A DNA stretch of 64,000 nt from Octopus sinensis (taxonomy: Eukaryota). Location of the stretch: contig NC_043004.1 in NCBI RefSeq assembly GCF_006345805.1, positions 89,032,001 to 89,096,000 on the forward strand, read 5' to 3'. Made by a program: the position numbers and the translations under genes. The notes under the pieces were generated by a model. That model made no database searches. It saw only the letters and a list, made by a program, of their open reading frames with translations, and was not told the DNA's origin. Below are positions 24,911 through 36,540 of the stretch, piece by piece; within the stretch, counting starts at the first letter, position 1; each line of letters opens with the position of its first letter.

Positions 24911-26596
24911 TGATGATGATGATGTCAATATGCGGTTTGGAGAGACAGTAGAAAATTCTCACTTGCAATGTTATATTCTAGACAAAAAAAAAATTATTTT
25001 AATCTCTGAAGCCTAAATCTATTTAGAAGGCTTCCATGGGAAATAACATACATCATTGCCAAGATTGTAACACAATTAGATCGAAAGACTTAGAATTTGG
25101 TAAAGTGACTGCCAATAATGGGATGTGATAGGTATGACTGTGTAGTTGAGAAGTTTACTCCCCAGCCACATAGTTTTGGGTTCAGTTCCACTGCATAACA
25201 CCTTGGACAAGTATCTTCTACTAAAGGCCAGGGTTGGTTAAAAGCTGGTGAGTTGATTTAGTAGACAGAAATTGCAAGGTGTGTGTGTGTCATTGCCTTG
25301 ACATATAGTAGTTGTAAATAAGTGACATTGTCATACACACTGATTTATTTATCTCTAGTATTTTGCAAAAGCATGTCTGGTCATGGGAAAATATTATCTT
25401 GCTTGGAAAACAGATGAAGGTTAGTGACAGGAAGGGCATACAGAAAATGACAAATAGAAAAATCTGCCTCCACGAACTCCATCCAACCTATGCAAGCATA
25501 GGAAAGTGGATGTTAGAATGATGACGTCAATACAACTAGGTATTTTAGTTTAATTTCTAATAAAAACATCTAACTTTGCTGCATTCAAACCAGCCTAATT
25601 AGGCCACTCTAAAAGATAGTGCCATTTGTTCAAATTGGTCTATCCACAGACAAGATAACTCATCAGCCTCACCAAATTACACAGGAAGTTAGAATTTTAT
25701 TAGTTTTATCATCTTTTTTTAAATAAATACATTAACATGTCTATTACCTTTAATATAAAAATGTTAAAAAAAAACCTGAAAAGAAATATAAATTTCACTT
25801 TAAATCAGAGAAATTTAATTCTGGCACCAAACCTCAATTTTATAGGAGGTGAGAGGGGGTGAGGAAACCTGAGTTTCTATGATATTCAAGAGTATTAGTG
25901 ACATGTATGAAACGAAATGGTTTCATGGGAAGAATCAAAATTAAGCTATGGATTTGGCTTGTCCTGAATTCACATCTACTAAAGTGTCACTAGTTCCATT
26001 TAGAAAAATATAATTGAGCCAACTAGAGAGCCTCTATGACTTCACTTAACCTGCTAAAAGTAGCAGCCAAAACTTCCATGAAATCATACTCTATCTTAAA
26101 GAAAAAGGGTGACTTGGATAATATAGTCCTATACATACATCTGAAAATAAAATGAGATGATCATAGATGGAATGCATTTGATCAAAAGTCAGCTTGATCA
26201 GGCCTGACCTGGGCTTAAACAAGAAGAATATTACAATTGAAAAAGAAACTGTCTTTTATGCCTTGTTATATGATTGGGTCTGAGTACTAAGAAAAATAAA
26301 AAGATATCCTATAAATGTATGTTCTTTACACTTTATTTTTCAACAACATAAACTAAAACAAGATAGTTGTTTGCCTAACAACTCAATACAATTTAGGATT
26401 CATATTCTTTTATTTGTTTGTCATTAGACTGCGGCTATGCTAGAGCACTGCCTTTAGTTGAACAAATCAACCCCAGGACTTATTCTTTATAAGCCTAGTA
26501 CTTATTCTATCAGTCTCTTTTTGCTGACCACTAAGTTACAGGGATGTAAACACACCAACATCAATTGTCAAGTGATGGTGGAGGGACAAACAGAGA

Positions 26597-26643
<47 letters not shown>

Positions 26644-28454
26644 CAGGCTTCTTTCAGTTTCTATTTACCAAATCTACTCACAAGGCGTTGGTCAGCTTGA
26701 GGTTATAGTAGAAGACACTTGCCCAAGGTTCCATACAGTGGGACTGAACTCAGAACCACATAGTTAGGAAGCAAGCTACTTACCACACAACCACTTCTAA
26801 ACATTCTAACACAACTTTGCCACCATACTATTTTCTACTATTCAGAAATATAGAGAAAATGAATAGAAAAAAAAAATGCTTTTTATGATATTTCAGTCTA
26901 TAATATTTTTGCCAATTTATTTAAATCTGTTAACTCATTTGATAAATTTGTCTCTGTTACCAACACATATATATATATATATAATGTCATGTATATGTAT
27001 ACATAATCTACATATGTATAATATATGTGTGTATGTATATGTATGTGCATATGAACATACATATACAGTGATACATAGTGGTTAATGATATCTTACCAGT
27101 ATGAAGCCAATATACATGAATGACGCTTACAAGCTTAAAATCTTTCCTCTCTCTCTATGGTGCCCATATATGCAGTAAACCAATTGTGATTTTCTATCTA
27201 TTAAATGGGTAGTCTTTATTGATCTAAAACCTACGAGACAAAAAAAAAGCTAACAAAATGTAAACTGTTACCATTATATCTTCATGAATATCTTTGACAA
27301 GAACAAAATTTTATGTAAAGAGTTTTGTGTAGAACATAGTATTTTCTTAATGGTTTCAAATATTGGACTGTGGCCAGGGTGGGGCATAGCATTTAAGGGT
27401 TTTTGTCAACACCCACACCCAGGATTTTGTCTGGTACTTGTTTTATCATTTTTTTTTGTTTATCATAAATTTTATTGAGTTATGTTACAAGAAAGGTAAC
27501 TTTATTTTATAGACAAAATACAACATAGTTTACACTGGTATATACAAACACACACATATACAAATATCATCATCATCATCATTTTTGTTGTTTAAAGTCT
27601 GCCTTCCATGCTGACATGGATTGGAGAGTTTGACAGAAGCTGGCCAGGCAGAAACTACACCAGACTTCTGTGTCTATTTTGGCAGTTTTTACAGCTAGAT
27701 GCCCTTCCTAACACCAACTATCACACAGAGTGGACTGAGTGCTTTTTATGTGGCACCAGCATAGGTGAGGATCATAATCATCATTTAACGTCTGCCTTCT
27801 AATATATTTATATATATATATATACACACACACATATGTGTAACATGATGATATATGAGAGAAATAGAAGTGTGGTAAGTTTTCATTTTTCAATAAACTC
27901 TAGGTGGCAAATTGGCAGAACCATTACAGTACAGCATTGGGTAGAATGTCTCATAATATTTGTTCTGGTCCTCTGTGCCCCATGTTCAAATCCCACCAAT
28001 GTGAATTTTGCTTTTCACCCTTTCAAAACCAATAATAGAAAAAAATTAATCTAGGGCAGTCGATTGGCAGAATAGTTGAAGGTTCAACCGAAATGCCTTG
28101 CAGTATTTTTTCTAACTCTTTTGCATTCTGACAGCAATGTGCCTATGACAACATTGATGCCAAACTGTATCAGCCCAATTTAGCAGTTTTCATCTTGGAT
28201 AAAGATCAGTATCATGGAGAGGAGAAACTTGCATGTAAGGGTAACAGCCAGTTTTCCTCAAAAATTCTTGCTCAGGCCTATGCATTAATGTGCAAATGCA
28301 TCAGTCATCATAACCAATGGAGGCTCCATATAAATCTTGTGTCACTCTACTTCAACATAATGAATATTTTCATTTTACCGTACACACACAAATATAGTTA
28401 TTTATTCACTGTGTCATATGTGTGTATATACATATGTAAGACTATGTGCATGTG

Positions 28455-28680
28455 TATATACATATATATATATAACAGGAAGGTTTACGAAAATAAACTA
28501 AAGACGAAGGCAGGTGGAGTACAAACAAATAATGTATTAGTATGGCGCCCAGGAATAGAAATAAAACAAGTCTTTTACGTTTCGAGCCTACGCTCTTCGA
28601 CAGAAAGATACACAGAAAAGAAACAAGGAGAGAAAAAAATTGTGTGTAGGGGCTAACGATCCAACATGGCGTTGGATCGT
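28455..28680 (-). mobile_element. Penelope-like terminal-repeat fragment with minimal hammerhead-like motif
   Basis: Minus strand 28608-28571 reads tcttt-CTGTCGA-A-gagc(gtag)gctc-GAAAC-GTA-aaaga. Inserted next to (TA)n. Confidence 0.6.
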
Positions 28681-28682
28681 GA

Positions 28683-28860
28683 AAAAGCACCCACTACACT
28701 CACGGAGTGGTTGGTGTTAGGAAGGGCATCCAGCTGTAGAAACACTGCCAGATCAGACTGGAGCCTGGTGCAGCCTTCTGGCTTCCCAGATCCCCGGTTG
28801 AACCATCCAACCCATGCTAGCATGGAGAACGGACGTTAAACGATGATGATGATGATGATG
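28683..28860 (+). mobile_element. RTE 3'-UTR copy
   Basis: Conserved block plus (GAT)n tail. Confidence 0.85.
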
Positions 28861-29806
28861 CTCTCTTTTATTTTTAATAATTTGAAGTCTTTCTGTAAGG
28901 AAGGAGCTGATTTCTAACAAAAACACAAAGCACTGTCATTGCAATACAGACAACAAAAACACATTCATGGACACACTGGTGGTGCTCAAGCATGGCCACA
29001 GCCTTAGGGCAGAAACATATAAAAGAATAAATATGTACATACGTATGTATGTACAAGTAAACTTCTTAAGCCACACAGCCAAGCCCAATATTCCATAAGA
29101 AAATAATTGGTCGGCTCAACCACTAATTTTGATCAGACAACTACAGTAGTTATGAGACTGTGGATGGATGAAGAGGTTGACTTTAATACTTCTACATTAA
29201 ATAAATAAAAAAAAAGAAACAAATCTCTCATCCAGGAAATGAAGTTTACAAATTTATAATCTTTATTACTATCATCAAGCACACTTTTATGTCCAGTTTC
29301 TTCCTTACAATCATCAATAGGTGGAGAGATTTGCAATGCTGCCCTCTTAAACTCTCTGTATCTTGGAACATTTCTTCTTCAATAAAACTTAGCATCTATT
29401 GATCAAATCTACTTAACACCAAGTTTCTTTCTAGCAGCCAAACAACTACACTTTTTCATCTAACTTTTATCTATTCCCATCACATGTCCATCTCATTATA
29501 ACATTTCAACCAATGCCGTTAAAGACACAGTCAAATCTCATTACACGTCAAGAGTGTTCTACATATAAAAGCTAGTTTAACCTTGGGTCAGCCCTGGTCA
29601 AATAAGACCAATGATCAGAGATGTTCTAGCCATGACCATCACTTAACGTGCATGCTCTACACTGGCATGGGTTGGACAGTTCAACAGTATCTGATTAGCC
29701 TGAGAACTCTGTGTGTGTGTGTGTGTGTGTATGCGCACAAACACATCAAAAATAAATAGACCCCACAAAATTTGAAAGATTTCAATAAACAAAATAAAGT
29801 CATCTG

Positions 29807-29865
29807 AAATACAAGATTAAGTATTTCAGTGCATCTGATACACTGAAATACTTAATCTTGTATTT
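29807..29865. repeat. Perfect 25-bp inverted repeat with 9-nt loop
   Basis: aaatacaagattaagtatttcagtg-catctgata-cactgaaatacttaatcttgtattt. Confidence 0.95.
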
Positions 29866-30062
29866 GATAGACATACCTTGCATTCTATCTAATGATTTAA
29901 TTGGTTTGGGTATCATACTAATGAGCAGTGTCCACACAGATAACACACTATAATGAGAGGAGTCTATTTACTTTTGAGATTGTGTGTGTGTGTGTACACA
30001 CACACATACAGAGAGAAAGAAGAAATAGAAATTCTTGAGTACAGTAGTGTATATTTGAAAAA

Positions 30063-30134
30063 GATAATTATTTTCCACTTTAATGATTAGATAAACTTGT
30101 AAACATCTAATCATTAAAGTGGAAAATAATTATC
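30063..30134. repeat. Perfect 30-bp inverted repeat with 12-nt loop
   Basis: gataattattttccactttaatgattagat-aaacttgtaaac-atctaatcattaaagtggaaaataattatc. Confidence 0.95.
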
Positions 30135-30161
30135 AGAAAAGTCATTTTTATTCATTTCCTC

Positions 30162-30203
<42 letters not shown>

Positions 30204-30888
30204 TCAATGATATTTAGAAAATAAAACAAATAGGTGCAGATATGACTGGGGTGTTTAAAAAATGTACTTCACAAGTATGAGAAGCCTGTCATATGTTTGT
30301 GCACATATGTGTGTGTATTTATGTTTAAATCATTCAAACAAAAGAAAAAAAAGTGTTATATCTCTTTGCATCCTGTAATCTAGCAGCTTGACAAATGGAA
30401 ATCAATAGAATTACTAGACTGAAATATATATACTAGATTCAATAATGATCACAAAACTCTCAAATGGAGTACCCCAGCATGGCCACAGTCAAATGACTGT
30501 AAATGAGTAACAATAAATATTTTCTTATTTTTTGCATTTTTGAGTGAAAGCCAAACAGCCAGACATTTCATCATCAAAAGCACCTGTCAATATATGATCC
30601 GTATCATTGATTTCAAAAGATGAGAGAATAGAGAATGCAGCATTCATAACTTTCCAAAGGGAAGTATCAGAGCAAGTGAAATAGCTACAAGGAATCAAAG
30701 CCAGAGTTACAGACTTGGTTCACTAAGAGCAAACCAATGCCACTTACGAGGCTTAATATTAATAAACAGATGTTTTATTACCGACTAGCTTTAGCCAATT
30801 TGTAATCATATTTCTGTGGAAATAAATTGTTCATCTTTCAGTTAATCTTAAAAATAATGAAGCATTTCGGAAAATAGCATTGTCATTA

Positions 30889-31425
30889 TTAACCCTTTAT
30901 CATTTAACCTGGCCTTATCCAACCCAAATGTTCTACCTGTTTTATGTTAAAACTGACCAGATCCACGCTATGACACCTACTCTGCAATGTCATTCTAAAA
31001 ATTTACAAACACACCATTGAAATCTTCAAGCTAGAAAATAATGTGTGATTAATTCAAAACAAATGTGAATAAACAATACTTTTTGGAAAATAAATCAATT
31101 TGAAATTTTGATGGAAGGTTTTAAATTAAATCAGTTAACCCTAAGTTTGTATCATAGAACCAGGGTCAGTTTCAAGTGGATTGGTAGCAAAAGGGTTAAC
31201 CATTCCATTACTGTATTTATTTTGAGATGTTCTGTGTTTCTTTCAATCAATTTTAAATATAGCAAAGAATTTAGTGAAATAACTTAGTTATCATTAAGCT
31301 AGTGTTAGGAGCATAAATTGTGACTAAGGTTTGTTGGAAGATTTTAATTCAAAACTTATGAAAACAAGATATTTGTACTACAGAGCCAGAGCCAGTTTCG
31401 GCCAGGTTGGTAACAAAAGGGTTAA
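30889..31425. mobile_element. Cluster of piggyBac-like MITEs, two sharing one TTAA
   Basis: ttaaccct at 30889, aaggg-TTAA-cc junction at 31191-31201, and aaaagggttaa at 31415-31425. Confidence 0.65.
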
Positions 31426-31861
31426 AGGACTTAAAATTGTTGACACACAACTTGGCTAAAAAAAATATGTAACTGAACTGCAGAAATTTATCTAAACGCA
31501 GACTCCTCTCAGTTTGAAAGTTTATAATTAGGAATCTTGAACGACAGGAGTTGCAGGTGGCAAACTTTTAAAATCATCCACACATAATAATTCAAGCTGT
31601 TCTAAATGTGTGAACTAACTGGGCTATTTTTAAAAACATCTAATTTTTTCTTTGAGTTGTAAGGCAAGTATGTGTCAAATTTAGATTGATGTTATTGACC
31701 TAGTGTGACTTCATTACACAAAAGAACACGGTAACCATGTTTGGCTACCAGTCAAAAGTCACTACAGTAACTGTTTGTACGTTTTGTTTTATATATATAT
31801 GTGTATATGTGTATATATGTGTAACCTACTTTTAGTCAGACAGTAAAGAAGTAAAACACAT

Positions 31862-32233
31862 TACCAATGCCTTGTGAGTGGATTTGGTAGACGGAAACTG
31901 AAAGAAGCCTGTCGTATATATGTATATATATATATATATATAATTTTAATCCAAACGGGAAAACAGAAAAAACAACAACACATGGAACAATTACAGTATT
32001 ATTATTAACAGGCGCTCAGGAAAGATGGAAGCATGAAGGTATGACGTTTCGAGCGGAGCTCTTCGTCGGAAACATAAAGATGGAAGAGAGAAGAAAGAAA
32101 GATCCCGAGGCGGGCAAACAGAGGGAGAAAAAAAAAAACGACTGGTGTTTACGAAGTACACATGGTGAAAGGCGGAAGTTTACGATAACAAGAGAAAAGT
32201 AAGTTTTTAAAGCCAAAAGAGTGGAGACAGGGT

Positions 32234-32287
<54 letters not shown>

Positions 32288-32485
32288 TTGTGTGTCTGTG
32301 TTTGTCCCCCTAGCATTGCTTGACAACCGATGCTGGTGTGTTTACGTCCCCGTCACTTAGTGGTTCGGCAAAAGAGACCGATAGAATAAGTACTGGGCTT
32401 ACAAAGAATAAGTCCCGGGGTCGATTTGCTCGACTAAAGGCGGTGCTCCAGCATGGCCGCAGTCAAATGACTGAAACAAACAAAA
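31862..32485 (+). mobile_element. 5'-truncated SINE family B with an internal insertion
   Basis: 31862-~31930 and ~32270-32465 are nearly identical to 21541-21823. Confidence 0.85.
31935..32240 (-). mobile_element. Penelope-like terminal-repeat fragment inside the SINE (TA)n tract
   Basis: Contains tgacgtttcgagcggagctcttcgtcgg (minus strand CCGACGA-A-gagc(tcc)gctc-GAAAC-GTC). Shares the ggcgc(t/c)caggaa motif with 28455-28680. Confidence 0.55.
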
Positions 32486-32760
32486 CAAAACAAATATATA
32501 TATATATATATATATATTCCAAGCTTATATGATTCTATCTAATGTTCTATAAGGTTTCAGGCATACAAGTGTTATGTAGACACAAGCACAAAAATTTCCC
32601 AAATAAGCCAGATTCTAAGCAGAGAAGTTTAATTCAATGCATTTATTATCAATGCTTGACTGAATTAGGTTTACTTTCTCAAGCTAATACAGATAAACAT
32701 TAATGTATTTAATATATTGAACTTTTTGCAAAAATGATTAACTTTCAGTTTGAAAATTAA

Positions 32761-33345
32761 TCATCATCATCATTTAACGTCCGCTTTCCATGCTAGCATG
32801 GGTTGGACGGTTCAACTGGGGTCTGGGGAGCCCGAAAGCTGCACCAGTCCAGTCAGATCTGGCAGTGTTTCTACAGCTGGATGCCCTTCCTAACGCCAAC
32901 CACTCCGAGAGTGTAGTGGGTGATTTTATGTGCCACCGACACAGGTGCCAGACGAGGCTGGCAAACGGCCACGCTCGGATGGTGTTTTTTATGTGCCACC
33001 GACACAGGTGCCAGACGAGGCTGGCAGACGGCCACGCTCGGATGGTGTTTTTTATGTGCCACCGACACAGGTGCCAGATGAGGCTGGCAAACGGCCACGA
33101 TCGGATGGTGTTTGTTACGTGCCCACAGCACGGAGGCCAGTCGATGCGGTACTGGCTACGGCCACGTTCGGATGGTTTTCTTGTGTGCCATGTGCCACCG
33201 GCACTGGTACCACAAAGATACAAATTCCATTGATGTTCATCTATTTTGATTTGTTTTGATTTTCACTTGCCTCAACAGGTCTTCACAAGTGTCACAAGAA
33301 GGAAGGTATGCACAGGTGGACTGACTACGTCCCAGGTAGGGGCAT
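32761..33345 (-). mobile_element. Young RTE 3'-UTR copy with a 63-bp VNTR
   Basis: Units start at 32928, 32991, 33054 and 33117 (period 63). Upstream UTR motif cttgcctcaacaggtcttcacaag at ~33266. Nearly identical to 63688-64000. Confidence 0.9.
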
Positions 33346-35874
33346 GAAGATAAAATTTACTTAATGTAACATTTTTCAACATATAATCTGAGTAATTATT
33401 TCTGACAAAGGCACAAGGCCACAAATTTGAGTGGAGAGGTTTTGTTGATTAAACTGACTGCAGTATTTAGCTTTTATTTCATCAATCTCAGAAGGATAAA
33501 AGGCAAAGTTAACCTTGGTAAGATTTGAACACAGAATGTAAAAGGTGGAAACAAATACCAATACCACAAGACATTTTGGCACATGCTTTAACGTTTCTAC
33601 CTTCTAATAATATGCTTAAAAGCTCCAGCAAGAGAATCAGCTCTAATCAACAACAACTAATGTTTATGTCTACTGATCTGGCAAAATGCAAATGGAATAT
33701 ATCATGAAGTGAGTAATACATTTTAGATCCTTAAAATTGAAAGTTCATATTTAACATCTGGCAAATAAACATTTGAGATCTTCATCTCAATTACGAGGAT
33801 TTTATTTCTTGTGCATCTTAGGTCTCTTTTACCCTTGTCAACATGGGCGGGATGAACTTTACAAATTCAGACCTTTGCTTACTATTGGAGCTGCTATTTT
33901 TAAAGCAGCATATACTTTATATCAATCACACCTTCAAGTTAAAGAGAGTGTAACCTACTTTTAGTCAGACAGTAAAGAAGTAAAACACAATAGCAGTATC
34001 AAGACTTGAACACATTACTAAGCCTGTAAGTAGTCTACTTTCCTAACTTTACATATATACCCTATAGTCACTACATATCCATTGATGATGATGATGAAGA
34101 TGATGATGATGATGACAAATGTTTGTAATATAGACACTAAACCAGAAATTTGGGTGGATAGCCAATTAAATCAACCCAGTATTCAACTGGTACTTTGATT
34201 TGAACTCAGACAGTAAAGAACCAAAACAAATACTGCAAGACATTTTGTCCAATGCTTCACTGCCCTAATAATAACACTAATTCCTAAGTGGTTACAAGGC
34301 CAAAAATCTAGAGGGTTAGGGAAGCTGATAGTTGATTAAATAAACCCAAGTTTTTGACTGGTACTTTATGTTCTTGACCTCAGAGGGATGAGAGACAAAG
34401 TAACCTCAACATGATTGTAACTCAGAACATATAGAACTGTTGGATGATTTGGGTATTTGTTTATCCATGTCATTTTGGCTTTTGCTCGTTTTGGCACTGC
34501 CAAACCATTCAGCTGAGAGGTCAGTTTGATAGATTGTCTTGAACCATCCTTCTTCCACTTTATTGATCTTCCATGTTTTGGATGCTTTCCAGTCATCTTG
34601 TCGTTTCCCTCATTTGAGAGATTAGAAGGTGTCAATGCTATTTTTGTGCTTTCAGATGTTTCCTCTTGCTTTTGTTATTGATAGGAAGACTTCTTTATGA
34701 TATACTCTTCTATAGACCTGTAGTAGCTGTTGTTGTTGACACTGATACAGCTACTTGAAATTACAGTGACTGCTGCTACTGTTGTGATTGCAGCAATTAC
34801 TACCATAGCAACAGTAGAAAATACTAATCAGCTGCCACCATCTACATGAAACAGAAAACTGTGAGGTAGCCCTATTTTCCAACATATGTAATATTTGGGT
34901 ATTTTACCCTCAATTACCACCAGCACTGCTCACACTCTTCAAAATAAAAATAACACTGTTTAACACAACTTTTGTCTTTGCGTAGCAACTGTCATTTCCC
35001 ATTTGCTTACTCCTGCAAAGTATGAAAAATGGTTAATATTCCCTTCAAACTTTGCTTTTGTTATATTTATTCAAACCCCAAAGAGTCCCTCTTAACACAT
35101 AGCTATGATTCTCCCCAACTACCCCTGCTCATGATCAGAGATGCACAAATTGCCAGCCACTAAAGGACATGCTCAAGTGGTTAAAGTCAAGCAACCAACA
35201 AGCAAATCTGTGGTATTGAGCAGAATATTTGCTATGATGATATTTTTGCTTCAGCAACTCAGCACTGAATGTGTCTGAAATGTAACATAAAATAGGTCAG
35301 TTTCAAAACATCGGTCTCCAGGTCACAAGAGCAAAGTTTGAATGGAAATAAGAAATAACACTTACTGACCCAAAGACAAAAGGAAAAAAATATAAAATTT
35401 TGTTACACAGTATAATTAAGGAAGCTAAAATTAGCACAAGGAACTCCAGTGAAGTTCCTATTTAGTTTTGTTGAAGGTTGAGAAGATATGAATTCTATCA
35501 TTTCCTCATTGTTTCATCACTGTTATCACTCTGATCTGGTTCCTGTGAGTGACACATTAGTGACTCTGACCTTGGTTATCTGATGTCCATATGTCCCAAT
35601 CATAATGAAATTCTAGGGCTTGCATATAGCTGTGGTCAGGGTCTGGGATTCCTACTCACAGTTGCAGAGGGTTGCTACTGTCCATGTGTTGCTTCCCTCT
35701 GGATACATAAACTACTGCTGGAATTGGGGAACTGGAACTTCCAGTCTCTTGGATTTGTGCAATTCAATAATGTGTGTCAGTTTCTCAACAAAATTTATAA
35801 AAGGAAAAGAAAGTAAACAAATCCCTTAGAGAGACACAAAATCTTGTGGTGGTCATGGAAAATGTCAATAATAA

Positions 35875-36540
35875 TGATAATATTAATGGTTTCAAATTTG
35901 GCACAAGACCAGCAATTTCAGAGGTAGTGGTAAGCCAATTACATTGACCCCTGTACTCTACAGGTAGCATTTATTTTATCAATCCTGAAAGTATGAAAGG
36001 TAAAGTTGACTTTGGCAGAAATTGAACTCAGGATGTAAAGACAGACAAAATGCTGCTAAGCATTTCGCTTGGCGTGCTAGCAGTTCAGCCAGCTCACTGC
36101 TATAATAATAATAATAATCCTTTCTATTAGAGGCACAAGGCCTGAAATTTGGGGGGATGGGCTACTCAATTACATCACCCCATTGTGGAACTGATACTTA
36201 TGAACCCCAAAAGGATGAAAGACAGAATGAAACACAGTGGAATTTCAACTCAAAATGTAGAGATGGACAAAATACTGCTAAGCATTGTGTCCAATGATTC
36301 TGCCAGCATAATACTAGTACCACTAAGACGAAGAATTTCTTACATTGGCACAAGGCCAGAAATTTTGTGAAGAAAGAAACAGTCAATATATCAATTCCAC
36401 TGCTTGACAGATACTGGTTTTATTGACCCCAAGAGGATGAAAGGCAAATCTGACCTCAGCAGGATTTGAAATCATACTGCAAAAAGCCAGAACAAATACC
36501 ACAAGGCCTTTGTTCAATGCCCTAATTATTCTGCCAGACT
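35875..36540 (-). mobile_element. Three tandem SINE family D copies
   Basis: ggcacaaggcc(t/a)gaaattt...gaaaggYaaa.tYgac...gaatttgaactca body repeated at ~35895, ~36130 and ~36345. Confidence 0.7.

Noticed and set aside
30525-30684. Minus-strand AG-led open frame YFTCSDTSLWKVMNAAF...KCKK-stop, in phase with the exon ending at 53984
   Set aside because: No recognisable homology, and the acceptor overlaps a SINE remnant. An open stretch of ~50 codons can be chance.
32774-33259. Repetitive ORFs (HRCQTRLANGHAR repeats), and a CRISPR-like appearance of the array
   Set aside because: A pure 63-bp tandem repeat without unique spacers, inside an RTE 3' UTR. Not coding and not CRISPR.
34366-34835. 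~155-codon minus-strand frame with a single stop and hydrophobic start
   Set aside because: The upstream half is decayed trinucleotide low-complexity sequence and the end runs into a SINE. No family recognised.
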